Source: Nemertoderma westbladi (lineage: Eukaryota; Animalia; Xenacoelomorpha). From it: 35,487 nt of DNA. The stretch is from contig JAUCBJ010004695.1 in NCBI GenBank assembly GCA_032718475.1, forward strand, positions 1 through 35,487, given 5' to 3'. Under the pieces are notes generated by a model. It worked only from the letters and a program-made list of their open reading frames with translations. It had not been told where the DNA came from and searched no databases. A program made the position numbers and the translations under genes. Shown in pieces: positions 11,110 through 22,734 of this stretch; the stretch's first letter is position 1, and each line of letters opens with the position of its first letter.

Positions 11110-12272
11110 GACCTCGCTGAGGCGAATACGTCATCAACATTCCAACAAATCCCGGATGCTGACATTTTATTAGCACCTGAGTCATCATCGATGAACCAGT
11201 TAACCTCACATATAGATGTGCCGGCGACTATGTCTTCAATGTTCCAACAAATTACAGACGCTGACGTTTTGTTTACCACATCTGCAGAACTTTTGGCGAC
11301 GGTAAATACTACTACTACTACTACTAGGATCGACATGCTGCATTGCAGCTGCATTTTTAAGAATGCTGTGCCGGCTTGTCAACAAAATTGCACCGCCACA
11401 ACTCCCTATCACCCATGACATTTGCGAGATCATCCGCATCTTTAAGGCCAGTGTCCTTTAAGATGCGTCTCAAGAAAGTCATGGGCTGTCCACCATGCTT
11501 ATTCACTCCATGAGGCTGCCAAAGTACAAGATTATGCACTGGCTGCTCCTCACGGCGAAAGCAATGTCCTGCAAAGCGGAGGCGATTTTGTTCTAGTGTC
11601 AAGCTTGGGGGAACCAATGAGACACCTCCAATGTTATATAGTGTCTGGTTGGAGATGTGTGCATTGTACTTGACACAATGAACACGGCGTAGCATTCTTG
11701 TGAATGTGCCATCCAGAGATTTGGTGTCCTCAGCAGTTAGAGCCCAGCATGGACTCCCGTAGAGGAGTACTGGAACTACTGCTACTGGAACTACTACGGT
11801 AAATACGCCCACAATGTCAAATTCAAACAACTTAAATCTTCCAATCCCACGGGCATTATTTCCAGAATCGTCACCTGTGACATCAGATCTCCCATTTAAA
11901 GATCCTCGAACCAAACCAACAAATACTTTTAATCTTTTACTTCTCTCAAAACTATCGAATCAAATTTCGCGTTGCCAGGGCAACTGTGGCCAAAAGATAG
12001 AAAAAACTGAAAAACTAGTTGTACGATCTTATGGAACTATAACATGGACTGCTAAAAAATCCGGACAATTAAAGAGCAAATATGGACCAGTGTACAAACA
12101 TTTTTCGGAGCATTGAATAAAGTAATTCGATATAGTACATAACAATACCTTTTATGGTCCCCGTGATGACTTCGATTTTAGTAGAATCCATTTATATTTA
12201 AACGACATTATCACTGAAATTGATAATAGTGGAATTGAACTTCTGAAAGCCCTAGATGTAGATATTTGTTAA
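11110..12272 (+). pseudogene. Pieces 2-3 of the foldback element ORF: Ser/Thr-rich linker and C-terminal Cys/His (PARP zinc-finger-like) domain, split by a LINE
   Basis: Removing the LINE and one TSD copy gives ...LLATVNT-PTMSNSNN... in frame. Contains ISRCQGNCGQKI...VYKHFSEH* followed by IK*FDIVHNNTFYGPRDDFDFSRI...LLKALDVDIC* (two premature stops). Confidence 0.7.
11310..11795 (-). mobile_element. 5'-truncated RTE-like LINE with (TAG)n tail and 11-bp TSD
   Basis: VLLYGSPCWAL...RMLRR...RLRFAGHCFR are RTE-type C-terminal motifs. TSD acggtaaatac at 11299-11309 and 11796-11806. The 3' end is nearly identical to 26136-26330. Confidence 0.9.
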
Positions 12273-12749
12273 ATGTTACTCTATGAACTTGCCACAAATA
12301 TAATAATGTCGGATGTACGTTTGTCAATATTGTAAACAGTGGTTTGTATTTCCTGTAATAACATTGAATATAATCGAGTACACACAAATCATATTTACAA
12401 TTAAGGTGGTTTTGTGGGAAGTTCCAAGTCAGTGAACATTATCATATAGCTATAGTTTAACATTTTTTAGCGCGGTCCATATGCATGTTTATGTGAAAAC
12501 TCTGAAACTAACTGAAACAATTTTGAGATTTTCCAAAAACCTATTTATTGGTCCGGGGGGGGGGGGGGGGGGGGGGTAGCGCAAGTTAAACCATTGATCC
12601 CATCTGTGAGTTTTATTACAGGTCAAACCTTTGGGTGCTAAAGAAAATACAGACACAATATAAACTTTTTATCGCTTTTAATTATTGTTTTCCTTTATAA
12701 AGAAATACACTTTTGCCCAGGGCAAGGAAAAAATATATAATACATAACG

Positions 12750-12787
<38 letters not shown>

Positions 12788-12836
12788 GACGGCACATCAT
12801 AGAAGTTACGCCCGTTACCAGTACACCCGGTATAAC

Positions 12837-13919
12837 CCAACATTTGGGTCCGTGTGCAAAGTATCTGACATCCTTTGGGTCCGTGTGCAAAGTATATGAC
12901 ATCCTTTGGGTCCGTTTGCGAAGTATCTGACATCTTTTGGGTCCGTGTGCAAAGTATATGACATCCTTTGGGTCCGTGTGCAAAGTATATGACATCCTTT
13001 GGGTCCGTGTGCAAAGTATCTGACATCCTTTGGGTCCGTGTGCAAAGTATCTGCCAACATTTGGGTCCGTGTGCAAAGTATCTGACATCTTTTGGATCCG
13101 TGTGCAAAGTATATGACATCCTTTGCGTCCGTGTGCAAAGTATCTGCCAACATTTGGGTCCGTGTGTAAAGTATTTGACATCTTTTGGGTCCGTGTGCAA
13201 AGTATCTGACATCTTTTGGGTCCGTGTGCAAAGTATATGACATCCTTTGGGTCCGTGTGCAAAGTATCTGACATCCTTTGGGTCCGAGTGCAAAGTATCT
13301 GACATCCTTTGGGTTCGTATTCCAAGTATCTGCCAACATTTGGGTCCGTGTGCAAAGTATCTGACATCTTTTTGGTCCGTGTGCAAAGTATATGACATCC
13401 TTTGGGTCCGTGTGCAAAGTACAGTATATGTCAACATTTGGGTCCGTGTGCAAACTATCTGACATCTTTTGGGTCTGTGTGCAAAGTATATGACATCCTT
13501 TGGATCCGTGTGCAAAGTATCTGCCAACATTTGGGTCCGTGTGCAAAGTATCTGACATCTTTTGGGTCCGTGTGCAAAGTATATGACATCCTTTGGGTCC
13601 GTGTGCAAAGTATATGACATCCTTTGGGTCCGTGTGCAAAGTATCTGACATCCTTTGGGTCCGTGTGCAAAGTATCTGCCAACATTTGGGTCCGTGTGCA
13701 AAGTATCTGACATCTTTTGGGTCCGTGTGCAAAGTATATGACATCCTTTGGATCCGTGTGCAAAGTATATGACATCCTTTGGGTCCGTGTGCAAAGTATA
13801 TGACATCCTTTGGATCCGTGTGCAAAGTATCTGCCAACATTTGGGTCCGTGTGCAAAGTATCTGACATCTTTTGGGTCCGTGTGCAAAGTATATGACATC
13901 CTTTGGGTCCGTGTGCAAA
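12837..13919 (-). repeat. Right-arm 27-28-bp tandem array, about 39 units, inverted relative to 4345-5023
   Basis: Directly visible reverse complement of the left array. Confidence 0.95.
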
Positions 13920-14269
13920 CATATTATTACCATCATTAACATTAGTAGGTGAATAGGGCAGGGTAGATGGTATACAAAGTAACCAATAAGAAACCACCAT
14001 GGAAAAGTTAGTCAGAATCAATCAGCTGATCCAAATTTATTCAAAAATTTAGGTTTTGGCTCTTTGTGGCTCAGTGCTTTCCTTATATTTGCATAATTTT
14101 TCTCAGAATTAACTTTGATTGCATTAATTTAACACTGCGCAACATCTCCTGTGTCGGAGTGGGTTGGTGCCTCATTGCTTCATAGTGAAATGGTCAATTT
14201 TTGGGTCCGTGTGGCTCTTTGTGCATTTTAGCACTGCCCAGTTAGAATCAGATTCAGAAGTGTGATATA

Positions 14270-14465
14270 TGTGCTACCAGAATTACGAAATCTTCCCTGC
14301 CACGACATGACTGGTTCTCTCTATTGCAACAGCCCAGTGTGAGATCCAGCTTCACACTAAAGCTGTTGGATGAGCAACAGGTGATCAGACGATGTTAAAC
14401 AGATCACTGCGAGGGCTATTCTGCCTTCACAGAAGCAGTTAAGTTAGCAGGCGTAGAAACAGTCT
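14270..14465 (+). pseudogene. Fragment of the same RTE-like LINE family
   Basis: Aligns by eye to ~25360-25555 (catgactgg...gtgtgagatccagcttcacacta...cagatcactg...ctgccttcacagaagcagttaagttagcag). Confidence 0.8.
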
Positions 14466-14631
14466 AAACAACTGGCTATTATCTTTGTTGTCTTCTTTAA
14501 AACCGTCGTCTCAGTCTTCCGACCACGTACAGTATGTTCAGCATACTTGCAGCATATGTGATTCCTGAGGAAATTATTGCAGCTACAGTATCAGATCACT
14601 GTACGATGGTTCACCGATCACTGTACGATTG

Positions 14632-15120
14632 CACATCTCCTATCGTCGCCATTCTTTACATTGGCCTCGGTTTGTAGATATCATTGGAAAGCTTGTGTTA
14701 CAAGGATTCCAAATATGTAACAATGTCTGAGTTTCGTATAGACACAGCGGAGATATAGGCGTTCAAAGATTGCAAGAATTATTGTTCGCTGCAGGCCATT
14801 TATTCTATTTAATAAATACACAATGTTGTTGACCATTTTGTTTATGTATGAATAGCTGGGATTTTACATAGGCATACCGCTGTTGCCTACCAACTTATAA
14901 AATAAATAACACATTCTTGAATTTTGTGTACAGTATTATTAAATAGAAAAAAATAGCCTGTAGTGAACAATAATTCTTGAAATCTTTTAACGCCTATATC
15001 TCCGCTGTTTCTAAACGAAACTCAGACATTGTTACATATTTGGAATCCTTGTAACAGAAGCTTTCTAATGATATCTACAAACCGAGGCCAATGTAAAGAA
15101 TGGCGACGATAGGAAATGTG
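14632..15120. mobile_element. Long imperfect palindrome (arms of about 190 bp), probably a MITE remnant
   Basis: cctatcgtcgccattctttacattggcctcggtttgtagatatcatt (from 14639) is mirrored by aatgatatctacaaaccgaggccaatgtaaagaatggcgacgatagg (to ~15113). Spacer is about 100 bp. Confidence 0.85.
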
Positions 15121-15794
15121 GAATTTCGCAAAAAACACTTTTTTAAAACGAACACTTTTTTAAAACGCTTATAAAAAAAATTTACAGGCAGAATCGAAAA
15201 TTCCGGCTTCATGTGGGTGGACATCGACGGTGAGTGGAACTCGTGTTTCAAATTTCAAGCAATATTATAAAGATGTGTAGAAAAAGTTGGGGGGGGGGGG
15301 GGGGGGGGTCGTGTCATCAGAAAATTACACTATATGGTGTATATGGTGTCATGGTGTATATATGTAATATATATAATGCAGCTGCAATGCAGCATGCCAT
15401 TTAACACATGCATCATATTCTGGAGCAATATGTTTATCCAAATACATAGCTGGGAAACATTTGGCAACAGGGCTGCTGGGCAGCTGGGCATTATATCTTG
15501 TCATTACTTCTAACTCGTCATTAATTCCACATCCATCATCTTATGTACTGTATATTTTTCATACCTAACTTTGTTTCGCACCCACTCCATTTGTCGAGTG
15601 TGTAGTACGACACTGCTGGGCTAAGCGATAAATGATAGTATAGTATATATCAGATATTATAAGCGTGTTCTGGGATTTGAGAAATTTCAACAAAAAATCA
15701 AATATAAAAAACTTCCCGCTCGCGTTAAACACATTTTTTAGTGAATAGCTTTTATCTAACATCATAGAATATAACATTATTTGAAATTAAATGA

Positions 15795-17115
15795 CCCATG
15801 AATGGTGTTGGTCTATTGATGAGTCCAACTGCACGTGCCGTGCTGCATTGGCAAAATAGACCAAATTACCAACCGCATCATCCGTTGCCATTTCTCATAT
15901 TCTGGAAGACTGGCTAAGAAGTTTCCTAAGGTGGTTCTGATTGTGTGCTACTCTCCAACTACTGTAGTCTTGGCCCAGTAGAGGAGGTGGAAAATTTCTA
16001 CCACAGTCTACAAGCAACTATTGATAGTGTGGATCAGCTTGCTTTCTTAACTTTCCTGGGTGGTTTTAATGTCCGATTAAGTCCGATTAAATCATCAACA
16101 TCGTTGTGGGTCTATAGTGCAGATAGTGGCGCAAATTGAGCGCAAATTTTGAAGTGAAAATTGTCGACTTCAGCGCAAATTGACCGCAAGGGAAATAAAG
16201 TCCTGTCTATTGTTTTGGTTAGAAAACACTGCCACTGTAACCTTCTCCTTTCCCTTAATGTTTTAAATTACATTAAATAAGTGTACAACAAATTTCATGT
16301 CTAGAAATTGATTATTTTCAACTGGCACCCCCCACCCAGTTCGAGAAGCGAAAGCTATGGAATGTCACTGGCCCCAATGGCCATATAATAGTCCCAGATA
16401 AACAATTTGCCTCTGAGTCAGAAGATTTCTGCGAGGGCTACACTACCTTCATAGAGGCAGTTCCTTGGCAGCTGCTGAAACAGTTCCTGTATGTAGGTCC
16501 TCGAAACACGAAAAAGGCCACCTGGACTGACCACAGAATTCTGAGGTGCCGAAATGACCCCCCTAAGGCGAAGAATGAGTCTCGCCGACTGCCAAGGATG
16601 CAGTTAAGGCGACATCTATGTCCCTTAACGTTAACAGGCAGTACTTCTATAATCTGAAGGAACTTACCAATGAGCAGGTTGATGCCATTAACAATGCTGA
16701 TTATAGCAGGTAATCAGCCCAGGCATGGCAATCAATAAACCTGCTCACTGGGAGGAAAAGCCTACAAATAACCTTGAGGTTAAGGCTGAACCTCCAACTT
16801 TGAGAAGCTCCTAAACAATAATAAAGGTATTGCTATTGACTGTTAAGTTGAATTTAATCTTTGAAATATTTGGAGGTCGTTCATCCTATTATCCTGTACA
16901 TGTATGTATAGAACGAAGAGAGTTCCTCAAAACAAACACTTCTCAATACAAAGAAGTTGGTTCCTGTCCCCAAGGAAGAGTAATCTACGGTAATCGCAAT
17001 CAGGGATCCCATCGAGAGACTGCTACGTGGAAATCCTAATGGGTTCCGTAAAGCAAATGTCATGGGACCATAGAGCCTATTTCTGGCGCTTAGAAGGATA
17101 ATTGAAGAGTTATCA
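15795..17115 (+). pseudogene. Heavily deleted older copy of the RTE-like LINE
   Basis: 15820-16070 matches ~24815-25060 (ggaagactggctaagaagtttcctaaggtgg); 16330-16600 matches parts of 25170-25690; 17000-17050 matches 26063-26113. Confidence 0.8.
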
Positions 17116-19324
17116 ATAAAGACATGTGGCTACTGTATTATCGTTGTCATTATCGTTATCGTTGTGTATTATCTTTAAAGCCTTCGAAGCCTTCTGAAGA
17201 TCACTCTCCCGACCACGCATTTTCAGCATACTGGCAGCATATGGGATTCCTGAGAATCCTTCTTGCATCTATCAAATCACTGTACGATGGTTCCACTACA
17301 TTTGTGTATACTCCGATGGTGACACAGATACTTTCGATATCCCTAGATGGTAGATAGGTATATATAGATAGGTATATGCGTATATGTATTATCGATACTA
17401 GGTCAGATTAAAGTTTGGCGTTATGTAAGGATCAATGTAGGCCTACAGTTGAAAGGTGGCCGGAGTACGGGATTGGCCGCCTTCACCTTTTGTGCCATAT
17501 CATGAACTATTCACTATTCACTTTGAAGGTGTCTACCCCCACTAAATCGATCATTGCGGTTCGAATGAGCATAAGGACGATGCAATAGACATTAGAGAAG
17601 TTAGGCATCGCCACAATTAATGATATGAGGATGTAGCGCTACCTACCCATATCAGTTAAAATCTTCCAAGCAAGTGCAGCACTGTTGCTGCATTCATGAA
17701 TTCTGCCTTTAAATTACTTATTTTACCAATTTTGGTCCAAAACTACATTTTTTATTGATAAAAAACCAGTTATGGTGTAATACCTTATTAATTATTCCTA
17801 TTGAATTATTTTCTGGTAAGGGTTTTTACGCCATCTAGTGCCATTATACCCATATTCGAATTGATAGGATGCCTTACTGAGATTCGTGACGTCTTATTGG
17901 CCCGTATTATTGCCTTGAGTAAACCTGATATATAATCTCTGCTGGTTGATCATTTTATCCATTTTGGCCACTCAGCACACTAGCATATTGCAGAGGAGTT
18001 ACCTCCAATGCAGGGCCTTTGGATGCTGGTCAGATTACTGATGACCAGCGTTTATTACATGCCTTTATGTCTTTATGTTAATGCCTTTGCCGTTAATGTC
18101 TGTGTCTTGGTGACATTATAATATTATTATTAATTGATATTCTGTCGTTAAACTCAATTTACTCTCTTTGTTTGTTTAATATATCGCCGATATTACGAAA
18201 TCAAGGAAGTTTTACACGCGCCAGAAAAGGTGGGTCACTACAATTAAGTATTAGTGATAATCTGGACAATTGTATTCGATTCGTGTGTTGTCGTACCTCT
18301 GATTCACTAAATAATTAATATATGGCGATATCTCAGACCATTATTATAAGCAAAGCCCTTATTATTAATCATATCACGATTGAGAGTTGTCATGAATTGA
18401 TTACGGTAGAAATATCAATATAATTAGACATAAAGACAAGTTACAATACGTTTCCCCTAAAGTGAAACACAAACGCTAGACTTGAGTCCTTACATAATTA
18501 ATTAGTCAGCCATTTACTTGTTATACTTTGTTGTCACACCCTCCCGGTATAGTATCTCAGTTAAATACAATACAATAATAAAATACCGTATCAAACCAAA
18601 TAAGTTATAGAGCAAATCAATACATAAGAAGGAAACAAAAGGGGATTAATCGATACAGTGAGCGGCCCTCTGTTAAAGGTACACTAGCGCAACTCAGCTC
18701 ATTGTGTCAGACCAGCGATTCAAGGTCCACAGTGCATGAAAGTGAGATTGAAAGAACAAATTTTTTAATTAAACACTAACAGTAATAAACGATTTTCATT
18801 CCTCTCGCAGTAACAAACACTGTTAAACAGTTGAAGCGTTTAACAGTAATATTTGACTCTCAACCCCCTTCGAGTGTTTATGATTTGCTTATTTGTTCTA
18901 TTAATGTGCTTATTTTCTCTAATTTTGATTGGCCATCGTAATTGGTAGGAATTGGTGCATAAATATTTATCGATTTATATTATAGACCTGGCCCGTTTAT
19001 TGTATTTTTTGGTAAGTATTCCGCAAGTATTTGATAACCTTATTTACTGGTGTATAACCGGAGAGTGTAAAGGAGTACTTTATATATCGTTATTTATAAT
19101 TGGTGTATTTGTTGTTTTTTGCTTTCATGTATTGGTGAGTTTTGAACATTAACTGATAGCGCCCTGTGTGTTGTTGGACCTTGTAAGGCGTAGACGTTCG
19201 TTTTCTACCGTAAACATTTGTTGGGCCTTCGCGATGGTCGAGGTAAGTCGTGGTACTGTACTACAGTACTTTAACCGATACCTTATCGCCCTCTATAAGG
19301 AGACATGAGAACTACTGAGTACCA

Positions 19325-19512
19325 TCACGCAAACTTTTGACAGACTATTTATTACACGTGAACCAACTTTAGTTAATTCCATCAAAGATTGACTGAATTG
19401 TTATTAGCCTTTAAACATTCGTCGAACGACCGACAGACAACGATTGAAACAGCGCTATGGGTATGGGTAAACTCAAAATGGTAAACTCACTTACTTCGTA
19501 GCTCGCCCCACA
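19325..19512 (+). mobile_element. Second copy of the HINE-like repeat end
   Basis: Same order of motifs as 10890-11109; ends ctcacttacttcgtagctcgccccaca. Confidence 0.55.
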
Positions 19513-19614
19513 TAATATTTTCCAATTTCCCAATACTAAATATGTAGCTTTATCGTGTTGTGGTTAAGGCCATTAGACAAATACACCGAAAATATAATGG
19601 GAATTTAGCTAATA

Positions 19615-21378
19615 TCAACTAAGAGACGCTACGCTAGTGGTTGTGTTATGATCTCGTATTATTTTATCGAGATCAGCTGTCCACCCTAACTCTTCCACCA
19701 ACTCTCCAACAATATCTACAATATCCCCCAAAACAGTGACGTCATTCGGTCTACCACGACCTCCTCGGAATGGGCCTACCAACTTTCGGTTGATGAGCAA
19801 ACGCGGCACATAGAAACGCGTCCCCGTTGCTAGGTTACAGAACGGCTCTACCTCCAAAGAGGTCCCCATAACAACCAATAGATCACAGTCTGGTATATCG
19901 CGTTCGTGCATCCAAAACCGTCGAGGCATATCCTCACCAAAGAAAGTGATATCAGGTTTCACTAATCCCTTACATTTTCCTTTATCACACCGCGGTAATT
20001 TATCGCTGAGAATATCGCTTTTTATATTTTCGCTTTTCGTTTTACCACCACAATTACGGCAGGTGGCTGTAGAGAAGGAGCCATGGGATTCTACAAGCCT
20101 ATTGGGTGGAACTCCAGCCAATCGTTCGAGTCCATCTATGTTTTGGGTGTAAACTCGAAGCAGTATTCCTTTATCGTTGGCTAGTTTGATGAAGTGATGC
20201 ACCATATTAGGTCTGTGTGCAGCTCCGGGAATCAGCTGTTTGGCTAAACGGTAAAACGGCTTAGGATTGTAAGCGAAATAGTCGATGTCGAATATCGATT
20301 CAGGGTCCGGTAAGCGGTACTTACTTAGGTTGTCATATAAACCGGTGCAGGGAGTACGGAAGTCCGGTATTCCACTGGGAGTGCTGACTCCCGCCCCAGC
20401 CATTATCACCATCTTAAATACCGGTTTGTTCTTTATATAATTTACTATGTCCGATAAAGTTTTGCATCTACTTCCTACTCGCTTTATACCGTTACCGCAA
20501 GTTGCAACCTCACGCCGTCGGTGGGTTTTTAGAACTTCTGTTTTGACCGTTTTTGTCTCTTTTCGGGGTGTTTTAACGTTTATTTGTGGAGGATTTATTA
20601 ACTCTATTTGTGTAGTTGTTTCTTCTGTTGTGGGAGTTTTAATCTCTGCTTGTAGTGTTTGCACCTCGTTTTGGTTAATTTTTTCCTCAGTTTTGTGAAT
20701 TTTTACGTCTGTTTTAGGTGTTTTGAGCTCTTCTTGAGTTATTTTCAGCTCTGTTTGCCGAGGTTTTAGCTCTTCTTGATGCATTTTTAGTTTTGTTTGT
20801 GGAGTTTTTAGCTCTGTTAGTGGATTTCTTACCTCTGTTTTGGATGGTTTTATTTGTGTCCGAACAGTTTTCAATTGTATTCGCCCAGGAAGACAATTGT
20901 TTATAAATTTCGTACGTTTTTCAAGAACCGCAATATCGAGAGGCGAACGATGACGTAATGCCTGCTGCGATAATATGGCGGTGCAACTAATTGAATGTCG
21001 ATATGCGACAGAGTTTGGGCGCGCTGGGGTACGAGTTGTTTCATCAACTCGTTGACAATTTTCGCATGCGTTATCCAGTGATTGTCGACCACCATTTTCG
21101 CAATCTGTACCTTTAGACGCTCGATCAACATATCTTATACCACCAGAGATAACATCTACAGATTTGCTACCACTTTCATTTCCATGCGGAGTAGCTGACA
21201 CATCAATCGAGTTTGATAAAGAATTACTGGAAGTTCTGTCGATTATCGCTAGGCGGCGCAATCTATGAGTAACTTTAGATACCAGATCAGTATTTTTAAG
21301 AGCTTTATGATTTTCGATTCTGGAATACTTCGATCTGTTGTGTGCGGTAGGAATCGGCATCATTATGGTTTCCGCCAT
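19615..21378 (-). CDS. SIRT3: NAD-dependent deacylase, class I sirtuin (SIRT3-like; SIRT2 not excluded), 587 aa, uninterrupted ORF
   Basis: GAGVSTPSGIPDFR, YTQNIDGLER, ESHGSF (catalytic His), zinc ligands CRNC and CDKGKC, KPDITFFGE, GTSLEVEPF, LINR. About 300 aa of N-terminal extension. Confidence 0.9.
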   Translation of the reverse strand: MAETIMMPIPTAHNRSKYSRIENHKALKNTDLVSKVTHRLRRLAIIDRTSSNSLSNSIDVSATPHGNESGSKSVDVISGGIRYVDRASKGTDCENGGRQSLDNACENCQRVDETTRTPARPNSVAYRHSISCTAILSQQALRHRSPLDIAVLEKRTKFINNCLPGRIQLKTVRTQIKPSKTEVRNPLTELKTPQTKLKMHQEELKPRQTELKITQEELKTPKTDVKIHKTEEKINQNEVQTLQAEIKTPTTEETTTQIELINPPQINVKTPRKETKTVKTEVLKTHRRREVATCGNGIKRVGSRCKTLSDIVNYIKNKPVFKMVIMAGAGVSTPSGIPDFRTPCTGLYDNLSKYRLPDPESIFDIDYFAYNPKPFYRLAKQLIPGAAHRPNMVHHFIKLANDKGILLRVYTQNIDGLERLAGVPPNRLVESHGSFSTATCRNCGGKTKSENIKSDILSDKLPRCDKGKCKGLVKPDITFFGEDMPRRFWMHERDIPDCDLLVVMGTSLEVEPFCNLATGTRFYVPRLLINRKLVGPFRGGRGRPNDVTVLGDIVDIVGELVEELGWTADLDKIIRDHNTTTSVASLS

Positions 21379-22734
21379 ATTCTACTGTATGACATCAGAT
21401 AACCGTGGCTATAAATAATGATAGAAACTGTGGGGGCTACCTATATAGTGTGTAAAAGCCCTTATGATTGTAGTCTATCTACTAAGTACCTGATTATGGG
21501 ATGATGGTTTAGTTGTACAGTAGTACAAAATATTGAAAAAGTTATGAATTAGTCATCAGTTCAATTAATAGGTGTCCACTACAGTAATCAATCTCAAAAA
21601 TGTATAATGAATGTCTTTCGTTTTAAATTGTTTTTCAAAAATTACGCCATTTCTACGTCATTCCACTAACTACATTACAAATACTGTAATACCTAAATCC
21701 AAAATGGGTTAGTTCTAATACTGTACCTAATAAAAAAATTTTTTTTTTTTGTTATACAGTATTATTACATACAATAATAATACATACATTTATTATAATA
21801 ATCTTAAATCATAAATTAAAAAGATGTGCACCAAAAATAACAAAAGACTAATACAAAAACACTACAAAAACTAATAAAAAATAAATAATTATTATTATTG
21901 TATTGCTATCATCTACATAGTTCATGTGCAAACTCAATCGATTATGAACTGCGGTGATTACATTTAATAATTCCTCACGAACTCAATAAATTATCAATGC
22001 TCTCGTCTCCAAGGCAACTAATTTGTTTAATAATTTGGAATATTGCCTGAATAAGTATCACATTACCACACAAACTGTAAGCCAAAGTACAACTGAGTGC
22101 AGCTGGGGGGTTGGAGCCAGTATTGTAATAGGGGCTAGAAATTTTGCACTCAGTAAATACAGTAGTTACGGATGGCATCACGGGTTGTTATCATTGTAGA
22201 ATAGATTCTACAAAGATTACTACTGTTAATAATAATCTTCCCTTCATAGTAAAATAATGTTAATATTCGAATAAAAAGACATTGAGATTGAGTCCATAGA
22301 GGTATTCTCCATTGAGGGATACAACCAGTTAGCTAGCTATATGCAATAAGCTGAGCAGGAAACGAATTATGCGTGGCTTCAGGTAAATACATATTTGCAA
22401 TATATTTTCCGCAGTTAAATTATCTGCCCCCGGTAAAAAGGTAAGTAAACACGTTTATCCACACTTTTGTTTAATTGTTAAAATGGCCACTTTTATGGAG
22501 GTAGCTGTACCACTCAATTTTAAAACTAAAGTTTATAGAAATATCTTTGATCCAATTGAGTACAACTGATGATGAACTTTACAGTCGATTTCGTTTCGAT
22601 CTCTAAGGTATTTATTTTCTTGGCTGACTTTCTCCGACCTTCTCCTGTGCGCATTTCAACGACAGACAGACCTATTCTGGTCGAAGTTCTTAGTAAGGGT
22701 TTCGTTGTGGTATTTGGCATCCAGGCATTTGGCA

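Larger units (their letters stand above)
4016..14239. mobile_element. 10.2-kb foldback-like DNA transposon with long composite inverted arms and nested insertions
   Basis: 4016-~4345 is the reverse complement of ~13920-14239 with scattered mismatches (termini gggcagtgctaaaatgcac / gtgcattttagcactgccc). The inner arrays are also inverted. AGTTA flanks both ends (4011-4015, 14240-14244). Confidence 0.9.

Noticed and set aside
12555-12577. Poly-G/C tracts (also ~205, ~5960, ~15290, ~23510) and (TA)n at ~12752 and ~32697
   Set aside because: Simple homopolymers and microsatellites with unreliable length; no further structure.
12678-14021. Long repetitive ORFs (up to 405 aa; also 4324-5111)
   Set aside because: They are open in all three frames with permuted identical peptides, which is a by-product of a stop-free tandem unit.
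17640-18090. Possible short exons and a CTCF-like motif (cgccatctagtg near 17829)
   Set aside because: Too short and unsupported to distinguish from chance.
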